Part shown: in pieces, positions 1 through 12,409 of the stretch | Position numbering within the stretch: the first letter of the stretch is position 1 | Layout: every line of letters begins with the position of its first letter | Assembly (NCBI GenBank): GCA_030704615.1 | Contig: CM060733.1 | Coordinates: 620,001 to 684,000, forward strand | From: Takakia lepidozioides | Lineage: Eukaryota > Plantae > Bryophyta | DNA: 64,000 bases | Direction of reading: 5' to 3' | Position numbers and translations under genes: made by a program | Notes under the pieces: model-generated | Database searches by the model: none | What the model was told of the DNA's origin: nothing | Seen by the model: only the letters and a program-made list of their open reading frames with translations

Positions 1-950
1 ATCAATGCACCATGTAGTATTGTGCTTTTCGACAATTTGCTGCAGTGGCTCTGGTGGAAGCCACAACATCAAACGGTCCGCACCTTCCTCTTGGGCTTAC
101 ACTCTTGCTTAAGGAGTAGAGAACATTCACTCGCCACAAAAGTGTTTGCCACAAAAGAAGTGAGGAGCATTGGGACCACCTTATATACCCTCCAGCCTCC
201 AAGCCTCACACGCTTGACGAATCATAATCTAATGCTGCGACCGCTCCAGGTCGCACGAGGAAGTCGCAGGTTATTTTTAAAAAAAAACTGCTGCGACCAC
301 CCTCATGCTGGTGGTCGCAGATATTAAAAAACAGAAAATTGCTGCGATCACCCCCCTGCTGGTGGTTGCACCTATTAAAAAAAGAAAAATGCTGCGACCA
401 CCTCCATGCTCGTGGTCACAGAGATTATTATTATTATATTTAAAAAAAAATGTTGCGACCACTCTCCTGTTGGTGGTCGCACCTATTAAAAAAACAGAAA
501 AATGTTGCGACCACCCCCCTGATGGTGGTCGCACCTATTACAAATTAAAAAAAAATTGTGCGACCACCAGTAGCGGTGGTCGCAACTGTAGAAAAGAAAA
601 AAATGCGACCATCTCTGCTGGTGGTCACATCTATTTCTAAGAAATAAAAAATGCTGCGACAACCCCTCTGCTAGTGGTCGCAACTATTAAAAAATAAGAT
701 AAATTCTGCGACCACCACCATTTGGAGGTCGCACCAATTTAATAACAATGATTTAAAAATGACCTCAAATATTGGCGGATGGAGTAATTTATAAAACAAT
801 TCATTCACTTGCCAAGGTGTCGCTCGGAATACAACGTGTTCATCTACGTGACATATTTTTCACCTAACTCATGTTTTACTGAATTTTCGGCAAAACTGAC
901 GTGACGTTGGTCGCGTCAGCGTCAGGTCCGACGTGACGTGTATAACCCTG
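1..950 (-). mobile_element. Right end of large DNA element 'E' (body lies left of the window); terminus ...GTGACGTGTATAACCCTG
   Basis: ACGT-rich terminal block (890-950), hairpin array (235-735) and TATA (181-187, minus) mirror the layout at 59920-60600. Followed directly by CAACTATC (951-958), the same 8-mer that precedes the other end (59912-59919). Confidence 0.6.
235..735. repeat. Array of ~10 hairpin units TGCGACCACC-N6-10-GGTGGTCGCA with A-rich spacers, ~50 bp period
   Basis: Seen directly, e.g. gttgcgaccacccccctgatggtggtcgcacc at ~504. Inverted relative to the array at 60160-60575. Confidence 0.92.
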
Positions 951-1430
951 CAACTATCTTCATCATCACACAACAAAACACACCTACCACCTCCCACCCA
1001 CTTCTACGCCTCCCTGCTGGGGTCAAGCTATTAGCCACAATTGACCCAAACCAGCTTAAATATATCCATACCCCTCATTTTCCCAAATACCTTAGGCAAA
1101 AGGAACCCACCCTAACCCTCATCCTGCATGTCCAAAACCCCCACCACACTGCTATACCCACACATTTTTACCTCAAACTAGAACATCTACTTACCATTAC
1201 TCATAAAATAAAGTCCATCATCCACCACCCAACCTACCCATCATGGTACAAGTAAATCTACCCTCCTCCCCCGAATTAAAACAAATAAAGCCTGGACTGA
1301 GGCACTGCAGCGCCCTCCACAGGCCACACCAATAAATCCCCTCCCCCCAATTCCCTTATTATACCAGCAATCCTACCCCCTCAAATACCCTCCCGCAAAC
1401 TCTCATTACACAGATGGATCCCTTAGAGTT
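951..1430 (+). pseudogene. LINE ORF fragment ending at the start of an RNase H domain
   Basis: C/A-rich coding sequence like 54649-59919. Translates ...KYPPANSHYTDGS (1407-1421 = YTDGS, RNase H first motif). Its start continues in frame from the LINE end at 59919. Confidence 0.65.
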
Positions 1431-2059
1431 CAAACTAATGCACGCTATGGTATCTATCACGCAGGCACGAGAGATCACTACTACAGATTAACGTTTGTAT
1501 GACTACGGATGATATAAACCTTGGTAACCTTGACTGTATATGTGACTGCGAAGTGATGAAACCCATCGTTGGGTGCATTTTAATATATTTTAATCTAATG
1601 CAATCATACATTTTACTACATGACCAGGAGCCGTGGTCAAACACTGTTGACCAAGAACATAGACTTGGTTTATATAACTAGTAGTCATACGCAATGCTAC
1701 ACGTCAGACACGTGCCATATAAGCTTATGACTAAATGACTACACCACTACTACACATTGATGACATGCCATAGAAGCTTATGACTACACGACTACAGGAG
1801 GTTTCATAGCTTTGTTTATATGACTACATCACTACACGTGGCATCTTAAGGCATATACATGAATGGGATCATCCATTGGGTGACCTCATCCATCTATCTT
1901 TAACGAAGCACTTGTGTCACAAAGTGCAAAAAGTTAAAAAAAATCAAAAAGTTGCTTTAGGGTTGCCCACGTTCAACCGTGAACACAAAGGGCTGGGTTA
2001 GCCTCCATTTCTCTCCCCGCTACCATATATTTTCGTAGTATCGAGCCGAAGCAGAGAAC

Positions 2060-2740
2060 GAACATGATGATCGTGGGATATGCAATGCAAGGGTGTGGGA
2101 TTGAGGCTTTGCGACCTATTCTTGAGCAACTGATGCAGCTTTCTTGGGCTTATTCTTGAGCAAATGATGCAGGAAGGGCGAGGATATGCACAGCGGGGGT
2201 GTGGTATAGAGGCTTCGGAGACATATGAGCAAATAATGCAGGAAGGGGTGAAGGCCGACCGGGTCACGTTCGTTTGTGTTTGCAATGTGTGTGCGAGCCT
2301 GGCAGCCCTGGAGAAGAGTAAAAGGTCCATGGTGCCATGTCAAATTTGGAATTGTACCCGATGTCATTCTGAACAGTACCCTCGTGGACATGTATGTCAA
2401 ATGTGGTGGTATTGAGGATACAAAGGGAGTGTTTGAGAATATGGCTGAACGAAATGTCGTGTCCTAGAGTGTGTGATGATCGCGGGATATGCCCCAGCAT
2501 GGATGCGGGATGGAGGCATTAGAGACCTATGAGCAAATGATGTGGGAAGGGGTAAAGCCAGACATGGTCATATTCGTTTGTATATGCAATGCGTGTGCAA
2601 GCCTGGCAGCCCTGGAAAAGGGCAAAGAGGTTCATGGTGACATCATTAGAGCTGGAATTGTACCCGACGTCCTTCTGAACAGTACTCTCGTGGACATGTA
2701 TGCATGTATACAGGCCGCGGGATGGAGGCTTTGGAGACCT
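2060..2740 (+). pseudogene. Decayed PLS-class PPR repeats
   Basis: Frameshifted P/L/S motifs (YAQRGCGIEA..., VTFVCVCNVCASLAALEK, LVDMYVKCG) closely resembling the intact gene at 23822-27514. Confidence 0.85.
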
Positions 2741-3081
2741 ATGAGCACCTTTCAACACATTTCAGCCTGTTTCAGAGTCGTCCCTAAATTTTCAAGTTGA
2801 ATTCTGCGAGTTAGCTCGTTGGTGCAAAAAGGTGAATGCCTGTTGGAAGCTCAAGTCAGCATAGGAATTTGTGTAATAAGTAGTGGTTAGGGTGTTTGCT
2901 GGAACAGAGAGGCAGAAATAGCTAAAGGAGCAGGGATAGAGAGTGGGTCCAGATTCATCCAAGAGGGCCAGATTTCAAGCACAAGATTACTGATGATTCC
3001 CTGTGGATCAATAGCTACAAGAAACCTGCATGGGTAGATGGTCAACTGGATGCCGCAGCAGCAGCGGCACAACTGATAAAA

Positions 3082-4318
3082 TCAGGCACTGGTAATCAAG
3101 GCACCTTCTTCAACACATTTCACCCTATTTTTCCCTCTTATCATAATCGGTCCTAACTTTTCATGTTGAATTCTGCAAGTTAGCTGGTTGAGTGAACCTT
3201 TCATAGCTTGGAGTGACTTTGACATGATACTGCCAATGTGACAACATGAAAGTATCCACAAACAGGTAACAAAGATGAGAAAAAATTGTGGAATGAATTC
3301 TTTCTGACCCCAGTCAATGGTGGGACACCGAGGCAAAAAGGTGAGTCTAACACGTGCTTTAGCAAGAACAATTGCATTCGAAAGGCAAGCTCTAAAACAT
3401 TCAAGCCCGTGGGCAATTTATCCAAATGGGATAGGTTATCCAACATAGTGAGAAGATTCTTCTTAATAGGAGGGGTCATGGTCTCAATTGGTTGATAGAC
3501 CCTAACCTTTAATGGACCGGATGGAGCTCCATGAAATGTTGGTTGACTTGTCTGCTTAAATGAAACAGAAAAAACATGAGCACAATTGTTCCTCGCACTC
3601 ACAGTCTTCAAAGTAGTGAGATACAAAACCATTTCCATCCCCAGTTCCCCCATGGCTTCATCTATGCCACCAGGCCCTAGAGGGAATCCCCTCCTTTGAA
3701 TATCCTGTATGTACGCTTTCTCTGCATAGACCATACTGTATTCACACCATGCCGTCTTCAAGCTGTGCTCGTCATCATTGGGAAGACGATAATGATACCA
3801 TATCAAAGATTGGTAGGACATTGATAAGACTCCCTTTTCAAAGGGACCAAACAGAACGCCATTGTCAGACAAAACCTTAAGAAGTTGTGGGTCCTGCAAA
3901 TGATATGTCACGCGCATCTGCAACGTTTGCAGTAGGTCTGCGGCCGCTAGCAGTTTTGGATTGCAAAGGTCGAAATCTTTCCAGACTTCATACTGATATC
4001 TCCAGAACTGGATGGAAGTACTAGGCACCTGACCTTCTTCCTCAAATTCAACTTCTTCATCCGAGTTTTGAAAGGCTTGATTCCAGAACCCGCCTCCTTC
4101 ATGGGTACCACAGTGAGATCCGGAATGTCGATCAATAGTGATGCAATCTGCTCTTCGTTGATGGCTCCACACGCCATATCTAATGTGTGCATGAGAACTC
4201 CGAACAACCGACCCTCAGATTTATCTGCAGATTTATATTTCGAGCGCGTGAGAAAAAGTTCGCTAAATATATCATTATAATAAATAAATAAATAAAAATA
4301 TCGTTTTAAATATATCAA
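3082..4318 (-). other. Unassigned coding-like region (323-aa ORF plus overlapping frameshifted ORFs)
   Basis: ORF 3201-4172 and adjacent ORFs with protein-like composition; no motif recognised; internal duplication 2745-2825 / 3101-3190. Confidence 0.35.
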
Positions 4319-4987
4319 AAAAATATCATTCTCTATTTATTTTCTATAAATAGTCCAGCTCTATTTTTTTTAATTGTTTTTTGAAGAAGACGATTGTGCC
4401 ATGTAAAAGGCAGTGATCTAGTGTGGATGAGAAGAATGTCCAATGAAACGTGGTGGTTTCAGATTTGTTTATTATTTGAAAATTATGTTTTGATTTTTAT
4501 TTATTAATTCTGTTAATTTACTGATAGAAAAAGAATTCCAAACCAGGAAAAAATAACCTTGTGAAAAGCCATGAAAGGCAGAAGTGGGGACATTTGATGA
4601 AATCCTGTACAACTTTATTTACAGGAACCATGAGGTATTTGAACATATGATACAAATACCCCAAAACCTGGGAAAGGACAAAGAAGGGAGGAAAGGGAAG
4701 CAAGCTAAACTAACCTATTCATTGCCCGTGGGAATCACATTCTCTTATCGCCCGCTGATAAGTTATAAACTATAAACCATAAACCCCCAATTTAAATAAA
4801 TAAACAAATTGGATCCAATACAGTCTACCCTCCATAAATGTTCCCTCCATATCTGTTAACCCTCTGTATCTGTTATCTTTTTTTTCACTCCCAAAGATTT
4901 TACAAAGCAAGTGTTAAGGTGTTATGTGTTAAGATTTTTTTTACTCCCTCCTTTACTAAATGATCCTTGATAAGTGTTAATTTTCTT

Positions 4988-5018
<31 letters not shown>

Positions 5019-6337
5019 GACTAGTACTTGGTCTAAGGTCATGACATGTATCAATTAAACATGTCAGCTTTCTAATTGAACTTAACGTGGGGATCATTCA
5101 AATTCTTTAATTTCACTACGAGCATCCCCACCCTTGAGCCCAAAAGACTCCCTGTAACGCGAAAATAACGTGATCAATTTACCGCGAAACTATGTAGAGT
5201 TTCACCTCCCAAGCACACAATAGTACAAGCTACATCATGTAGAGATCTTGCCTTAAACTATGTACTCAGTATCCCTTTCACGCTGATCTAAGTAGAGATT
5301 TTCGTGTGTGCAAGTATACTTGCAAGGACTGCTCTGCTTTATGATGGATATATGACCCTTCAAAGTGTGTGTGCACCTTGCCCCAGCAAAGCCTTTGTCT
5401 CGATTTTGCAGTGAGAGAAAAAAGACTTAGATGCAAGTGTTGGAAAAAAAAAAAAAAAAAAACTCTACCCTTATCATTTTGCAAATGCAAGATTATAGCT
5501 TATTATGACCATACAATTGAGATACTACTAGAAGAGAGCTCATTGGACATAGATCAGTAATTGCAGCGAGGAGTGTAAGGAGCCGATTGAGTTAACTGTT
5601 GAGCAAAAAATGTGATCACTTTGTTGTTGATGACCTTATGTAATACATAAAATCATTTTTTTTTTCCCCATAAGTGTTACATTGCAGTTTCCAAGCTTTC
5701 TATAAGTGTTCCTTCTGTAAGTGTGATTTTTGAAAGATTCTTATTCTATATCTGTTAGGCCCCCGGCCGCACCAGCCTGCTATCGCTTGCTACGCGGGGC
5801 CTAACTACTGCTACATGAAAAATCGCGGCCGCACTGAACCTGTTTAAAATATTTTAGCGATAACTATTGTTATCTAACCTAAGACTTTCCTTCCTAGTTT
5901 AGAGGGAATTTAGCACTTACCCCCCCCCCCCCAGTGCTAAATCTAAACAGCGCGTCGGTTTTGGGCAGCTGCCCACGCCATTCTTTGCCATCCGCCATTA
6001 CATTCGCCATTTGCTTCTCCTTCGCTCTTCCTTTCTCCTTCGCGTTCCTCTTGCTCTAGTTCCTCGCAGACATAGAAACAGCCCAAGCTCATCAACTCTG
6101 TTGATTCTTCTGTTTCTTGTTGTGCTGTTTCTTGCTCTAGTTCCTCTTCGCGTTCCTCTCCTGCATTGCATCATGTCCACCACGATGACGACATCGGATA
6201 GGTCGGAGAGTGCAGCTGATGCGGTGGATTCGCATGCAAGGGAAGTACCTGCGACGCAGACTCATGTTGGGAGGCGACCACAAACCCCTATCGTGTATTT
6301 GGTCTGCTCGGTATGATACACCTCAAGACCATGCATG

Positions 6338-7826
6338 CTAGAAACCCTTGTGGAGTTGTTGGTGTGGTTCGAACGCGCAAGGAGTATAGTTAAGCCCCCA
6401 ATTGTCAGAGCATGTACAGGTAATTCCAGATTGTGTTCTGGGGTTGTTTGGATTTCTATCATAGCCATGCTGCACATATCCCGTGATCATGGCACTCCAT
6501 GAGCCAGCCGCGGTGTCAAACACTTGATGGGCACCCCTGCTGTTCCCACATTTGACATACATGCTTCCTGCTCGCATTGGACCTGTTGCAGGCTCAATTA
6601 AAGTGTGGCCATGGGACCTTGCCATCTCCTTTCTTTCACTAAACTCCTTGATATGGTGATCCATTGAGGCCTCTGACACAGACTTCAGCCTATGAACAGC
6701 TGTCCTTCCCGTAATGTCTGATTGGAGTATGGTTTCATCACATATGCCAATATCCAATAGAGATATTTTCACACTCACTGATGCTTTGCCTTGCATTTTG
6801 ACAGGCTTCCCTTTATACAGTTTGGCAGCCTGCAGATCTTCCAGCTTTGCTTCAAACAACCGAGAAATATCTTCCTTGACTCCCTCATTGTCTGCCTCCT
6901 AAAATCTTCTAGTGCTCCATGCACTCTCGTTGGTCTCTCTCAGCTCTAGGTCAGCTTTCTTGATGGCTGGCTGTAAATGCTGATTCTCCATGAACAGGTT
7001 CTCCGCTTGAATTTCAGCTTCTCTCTGGCGGGCTAGGGCAGCCACAGTGTCATCTTGTGTATCCTTCACCTGGGCCCCTAGTTCCTCTATGCACTGCTCC
7101 ATAGCCTGTCCAGTTTGAGCAAGCAACTCGCATTCTTGTTCCACCATCTCCATCAGTTGGTGCCTCAGCTCCTCTTCGTGTTGCCTTAAGCTGGCCTTGC
7201 GTGTGGCCAATTTGCTCGCAAGGCATGACTTTCCCTTGTCATGATTGCCACAGCCTATTTGCAGCTGCTCCCTCTCACTTCCTTGATAACTGACACTACA
7301 TTTGTCACCATCCTGATTTTCTGTTTCTTCATGTGCCCCCTCATTCTCACGACCTCCCAAAGGCCTCACATGCAAACTGATGTGTTGTTATGTCATCATT
7401 TTTCAGGCCTGGCCCCTTTTTCTCCACAGCTTCATCATGTGTGCCCCTCAACTGGGCCTCTAATTCCCCCACATGAAGCATCATAGCCTGTTCAGTTTGG
7501 GCAAGCAACTCGCATTCCTTCTCCACCATTTCTAACTTTTGGTGCCTCAGCTCCGTTACCTCTAGGCCACAGTCCTTGACTACATCTGTCCCAACCAAAT
7601 TTTCCCTCATCAATTTTGTTTGTGACTGGAATGCACCTTTTTCAAATTCTTTGAGTTTCTGCACCTCTACTTGAACACCATGGGCAGCATTACGAGGTTC
7701 CACTTCTGCCTCCGCAGTTCTTTCATGCAGCCCAGTGAGCTTCTCCTCAGCAGCCAGAGATGCCTCTCCAGGCTGATGCAGCATCTGTATAGAACCATCA
7801 GTGGATATCCTGTCTGACACTAACAA
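6338..7826 (-). pseudogene. Decayed coiled-coil protein fragments fused to a short PPR S/P motif
   Basis: E/Q/L-rich heptad-like ORFs with an internal duplicate (LRHQ..EMVE.ECELLAQT twice); SMYVKCG...VFD...SWSAMITGYVQHG at ~6460-6565. Confidence 0.45.
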
Positions 7827-8809
7827 AGGGTCCGGAGGGCAGACAAGTAGAATGACAAGAAACCAGAGCAGAATGAAACTTCCTTACCTCCAAAGGGGTG
7901 CCCAAGAGCCATGGAACGAAGTAAAGAGGGAGAAGAGTTGTCAGTGCATGCATAGGTAATTCCAGTTTGTGTTCTGGGGTTGTTTGGATTTCTATTTAAT
8001 GGCTCATAGTGACATCCTACTAGAAACAGCTTGTTGACTCTGGCATTGGTTATTTGGTCCTTTACTAGAAACACAGGTGTAACTTGTGGAGGGGATTGCA
8101 CAAACTAGTGTGAGAGAAGACCAGGCTTGTGAGTGAGAATGAAGGGATGGACCCTTCCAGAGTTTCTTGCAAATGTGAGCCAAATGCACCCTTTGAGGCA
8201 TAGTCCCCAGTACAGGCTATCAACCCTGGAGATGGGTTGTGTACCCATCAGTGTGATGGAAGCAATCCGAAAACGAAATGCTCTCACACAGCCAACCGGC
8301 ATATTCTATTTAATTTCTTGAAATGCACAATGCCCACAAATTCCTTTGTTGTTATCTTTACATGTTCGCCATGTGGAGTGAAACTAATATTTAACTTCAA
8401 TTTCACATGGCCCTAGTTCCCAGGAGAAATGTTTGAGGTAATTGATAGAGTTCATCAATCCACTTTTTGCAAACGTGACATGGAGCTCAGGGTGAGGCAG
8501 CACCAAGGAGGCCTATGGTGACTGGTTTTGTTAAGGGCCTTTGAAGAGTAGTGGAGAGGGTTCTCCAGAAATGAGGTAATGAATCGGAAAGGGTGGACCT
8601 GTTGGCAGAAGAAGCTACGAAGTTTAGAGTGTATTATATGTTCTCAATGGAAATATGATGTTTATTGTCATGTCATTAGACCATTGGGTGTCTCTGACCA
8701 CATTGATTGTTTATGGTTTATATAACCTGCATGGCACTATCACCTGGCTGCCCAATGATCAGTGGAAAGGGGCCACATCCAATGCATCACCTCCCCCATC
8801 CCACCTGCC

Positions 8810-8938
8810 TTTCTAGAGGATATCTTGAAAACTCGGATCAAATTGTCTATTGTCATACGACCAGTGTGAGACCCTGACAAAGGTAGTTTCTGCCCCTTTG
8901 TGTCCTGCTCAAATTGGGCACGGGTCAATGGCCACAAT
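8810..8938 (+). mobile_element. 3' fragment of the RTE/RTEX-like LINE also found in the EndoU intron
   Basis: ttctagaggatatct(t/g)gaaaac...gggtcaatggccacaa matches 32682-32818. Confidence 0.75.
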
Positions 8939-10840
8939 CTTGGGATGAGCTTACTTCTTTCCTCCAAAGCTTCTTGTCACTGGTGAACATGACACCGCAC
9001 TGAACGCACACCCGATATGCACAACAACATGCAGCAGAAGTTAGTCTGTTTCAAGTAACAGTTACCGGTTTAGGGGTCAACTTGACAAGTTCACCAGTTA
9101 AAGCTCTGACATCAATACCACAAGCTGGGATATGTTGACCATGATGGCACTAATATTACCACACTAGGTCACCTCATTAAAGTTGCAACCCCCCATTGAG
9201 AGAGCCCAAGGGAAGGTGCCATGCCGACATCATTCTATACAACATCAAGGTTAGTGAATCGGCACTGAAAATAGGGAAATCAATGGATCTCAACAGTCTG
9301 GAAGTATCTGAAAGCCGTGCAGTAGCACCTACAGACAGACACGATCCAGAGAGATCTCAAAAGGAGTTTCGAGTATCGTCACGAAGACAATTGGCAACAT
9401 CTGGGGACTGGTTAAAAAGCTCATGCGCTTGCACCAAGTCAGCCATGCAAAGCTGTGCAGAATCCTTGGGAAGACATGGCTGCGCACTGTACACATGGTA
9501 TGATGGTGTCCCATCCAACATTTGTCTTGCTTCTGCCACAGTCAGAACACAAGAAAATGAATTCTCCCTCCAATTTCCTTCCCCGCTCTTGATGAGGAAG
9601 TCAAACTGAATTACCACTTCAAACAAATACCTCTTTTGAAAATGCTCCTCTATGTTCTACGCAGACAGGGAACATTCAAATCTTTTATACGTATTTTTGC
9701 ATTGTTAAGTTTCACCAAAGGAAGGAGGGAAGAAAGAGGAATGCGGAACCCGGGAAATATCCAACGCCGGATGAACGCGGACATGGCGTTCTTGACGTTA
9801 TGTATGTTTTCTTTTCGAAGAAGGCAAAATCTGTATATGATAGGGCGATCACATGTCTCATGTGCGCAATATTTCATCCAAATCACCAAACATCCGCATT
9901 TGAAGAAAACGGCCTTATTGATGGCAATAGGGGCGCCCAATAAACCGCAGCCAGTGAGAGCGATCCATTTGGGGGGTTAGAAGGCAGACACGCACGTCCT
10001 TAACCACATGCATAACTGACGGCTTAAGAGGGTTCCTTACTTTCCCTATTGTTGTTAGTCAAGCTGGAGAGTTGCGGGAGTGAGAGAGAAGACACAGGAA
10101 GAAGACGTAGAAGGCAGTCCCTTTACTTCACGAGTGCGAGAGACAGGAAAAACGCGCGAGTCAGAATGAGAAAGTTGCGCAATGTGCAAAACGCTGATCA
10201 GCAGGTTGCACAGGATACGTCCACCCAGGAATCACAACATGTGAGAGAGGAGGTCCAGCCTCAAATGAAGGGAAGAAGGGAAGGGGAGGAGACTGCCCCG
10301 GAGACCATTGTGCATGACATGGATATCGACACCACCGTCGGTGAGAAAGAAGCGACACCAAAGGAGGCGGTGAGGACGCAGCAAGAAGAGGCATCGGGAA
10401 GTGGTGTCATGAAACCCAAGGTGATCCTTCTCCCAATCTATTACAACCCTTGTACCACACTTTGCAAGTAGTAAAACAGTTCTGTCATGTCTACAGAAAC
10501 TTCAGTTCTAAGTGACGATTTTTACACAGCCAAGGAGCATCAGGTGTCATCATTGATGCACTTTTTGAAGTTTGTGTGCAAACATGCCCATTCATCACCC
10601 ACTTGCAGGGCTCTAGTCCACACTAGGCAAGCATGTGGAGTTGGCTTGATAAGAAGACAATGAAATGGTATATTGGCCACATTACTCCTCCTTGCCCTGT
10701 GATTGACAGCAATCTCTGCATCTTTTCCATTTGGGGTGTTTGTATGGCAGACAACTTTAATTGTAATGGCAATTCCGAGATGAATGCCTTCTAGTGACTG
10801 TCGTACCAAGTGCATAGACAGGATACGAGAGATCCCCTGA

Positions 10841-11112
10841 AAATTGGGTGCGGCACCGCACTCAATTTTAAGGGGAGCTCTATCTCTTCTATTGTGGGCC
10901 GAGGTGAATACGTAAGTCTTAGAGGCAGCAGGATCTGCAATGGAAGCCTAAGAGGGACACGGGGAAATTGAGTGCGGTTGCGTACTCATTTCTAATGGAT
11001 GCTAGGCGATCGCTTGGGCATTAGGGAAAGAGGAAGGTGATGTTCACAGTTTAGGTCCGAGAGACAATGGAGTGGTCACCCAGAACTGAGTGCGCCACCG
11101 CACTCAATTTCT
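10841..11112. repeat. Three hairpins AATTGAGTGCGG-CA-CCGCACTCAATT at ~120 bp spacing
   Basis: Copies at ~10841, ~10965 and ~11083. Confidence 0.75.
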
Positions 11113-12354
11113 GAGCACCATAGAATCATTAGTTGGTATTGACTGAGGTGAACGACAGATAGAAAGTGTGTTTATTCCATAGTGAGATCTCTTATGAGTT
11201 TTGTGAATCACATTAAGTCTAACCTGGAAACTGATCATGTGCACTTTCAGAAGATTCAGACACTAATACCACCGGTGGTGGGGGTGAGAGAACAGACGAT
11301 TGAAAGTGGGTACTAATATGAGGGTCAGCCATAACCTGTTCATTCAGCTTAGAACTAGACGAGTCTGAACTACCCTGTCCCTCAGCATCACTTGGCAAAG
11401 GCATAGAATCACAAACCAAACGCAAGGGCTGGGCATTTCCCATATTCCTGAAGCTAACCAAGTACTTATCAAGGAAAAAATGCGGAGGCGTGCGCTTAGC
11501 AATAGGTTTCGTCATTGCCCTCAAACTCATGAAGCCAAGATTCACCACAAAAAGCCTATTTCGCTACTCTACAATATGCATGACCTCTCTTCGAGAATTT
11601 ACAACCCTAAAGGGCATCATCTAGTAAGCAAGCCCAAAAAAAAAAAAAAAAAGGTGGACGCATTGCCGAAGCAAGCGTAACTTATGGTGTCACTTGACCC
11701 CATAGGGCTACTGCCTTCTGGTGGGAAGGTGGACACCGTAATGACTTCCAACAGGTGGATTGAACCCACAACCACTGGGCTACATGTTGGTTGTCTAGTA
11801 AGCAAGCATAACACGGTGAACAGAAGGCACAGATCACTGAGGGCAGTGGAAGCACTGAGCAGAAGCCATTCTCTGCAATTGCAAGCCTTTACTCCAGAAC
11901 CCTGAAGTTCAGTGAACCCCACAACCAATTTGCTCAAGTTATAAGCATGCACCTGGGATTCACCGCCACTGCCAGTCTCCCATGCAGAATCCAAAGATCA
12001 AGCCACAAAACACACAGTAAAGGAAATGGGGGCGTAAAGGGTGAATGCAGTGTACATTGTCTGCCGCCCCTGTCACTTTTCCTTCATCGCGCCATCACCC
12101 CTCCTCCGCAACAGCAAAGCAGCATATCAGCCAGCCCCCCCCTATTCAAGCAACGTTGAAGGCCGTTTTGTACCTAGTCGACCCTGGATAAATGTTATCC
12201 GCCTTTTTGTTATGTCACCCTTAATGTTATGAAATCTTGGCTCTGTAAAAAATTTACATTTGAAAACAAAAACATAACATAAACATAATGGTTTTGAAAA
12301 TAGATATTACCTCAACAATTATTTTTGACCTCCCTCAAAAACTATTGTGGAGGC

Positions 12355-12409
<55 letters not shown>

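Larger units (their letters stand above)
8004..11994 (-). mobile_element. Probable decayed KDZ (Kyakuja/Dileera/Zisupton-like) CxC transposase gene
   Basis: Order on minus strand: CxC motif (ACNCREW, ~11870); CxC-like KAVFF..MKYC..C..IIY..KENIHNVKN (9780-9940); ICKKLWKGPSLHSH/KPGLL/TLVCA across frameshifts (8095-8175), resembling the KDZ C.K....H.PGLFT..C motif. Confidence 0.4.

Noticed and set aside
277-683. Short ORFs with CDH/RPP repeats (also 60229-60768, 56802-57766)
   Set aside because: They are translations of the hairpin or tandem arrays.
235-735. CRISPR array (also considered for 56955-57655 and 60160-60575)
   Set aside because: Spacers are low-complexity A/T tracts, repeats are degenerate, there are no cas genes and the context is eukaryotic transposon DNA.
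4819-5760. pogo/Tc1-like element starting TACAGTCTACCCTC
   Set aside because: Only one plausible end; no matching TIR or transposase found.
12360-12406. (TA)n microsatellite and the many poly-A runs
   Set aside because: Ordinary simple repeats.
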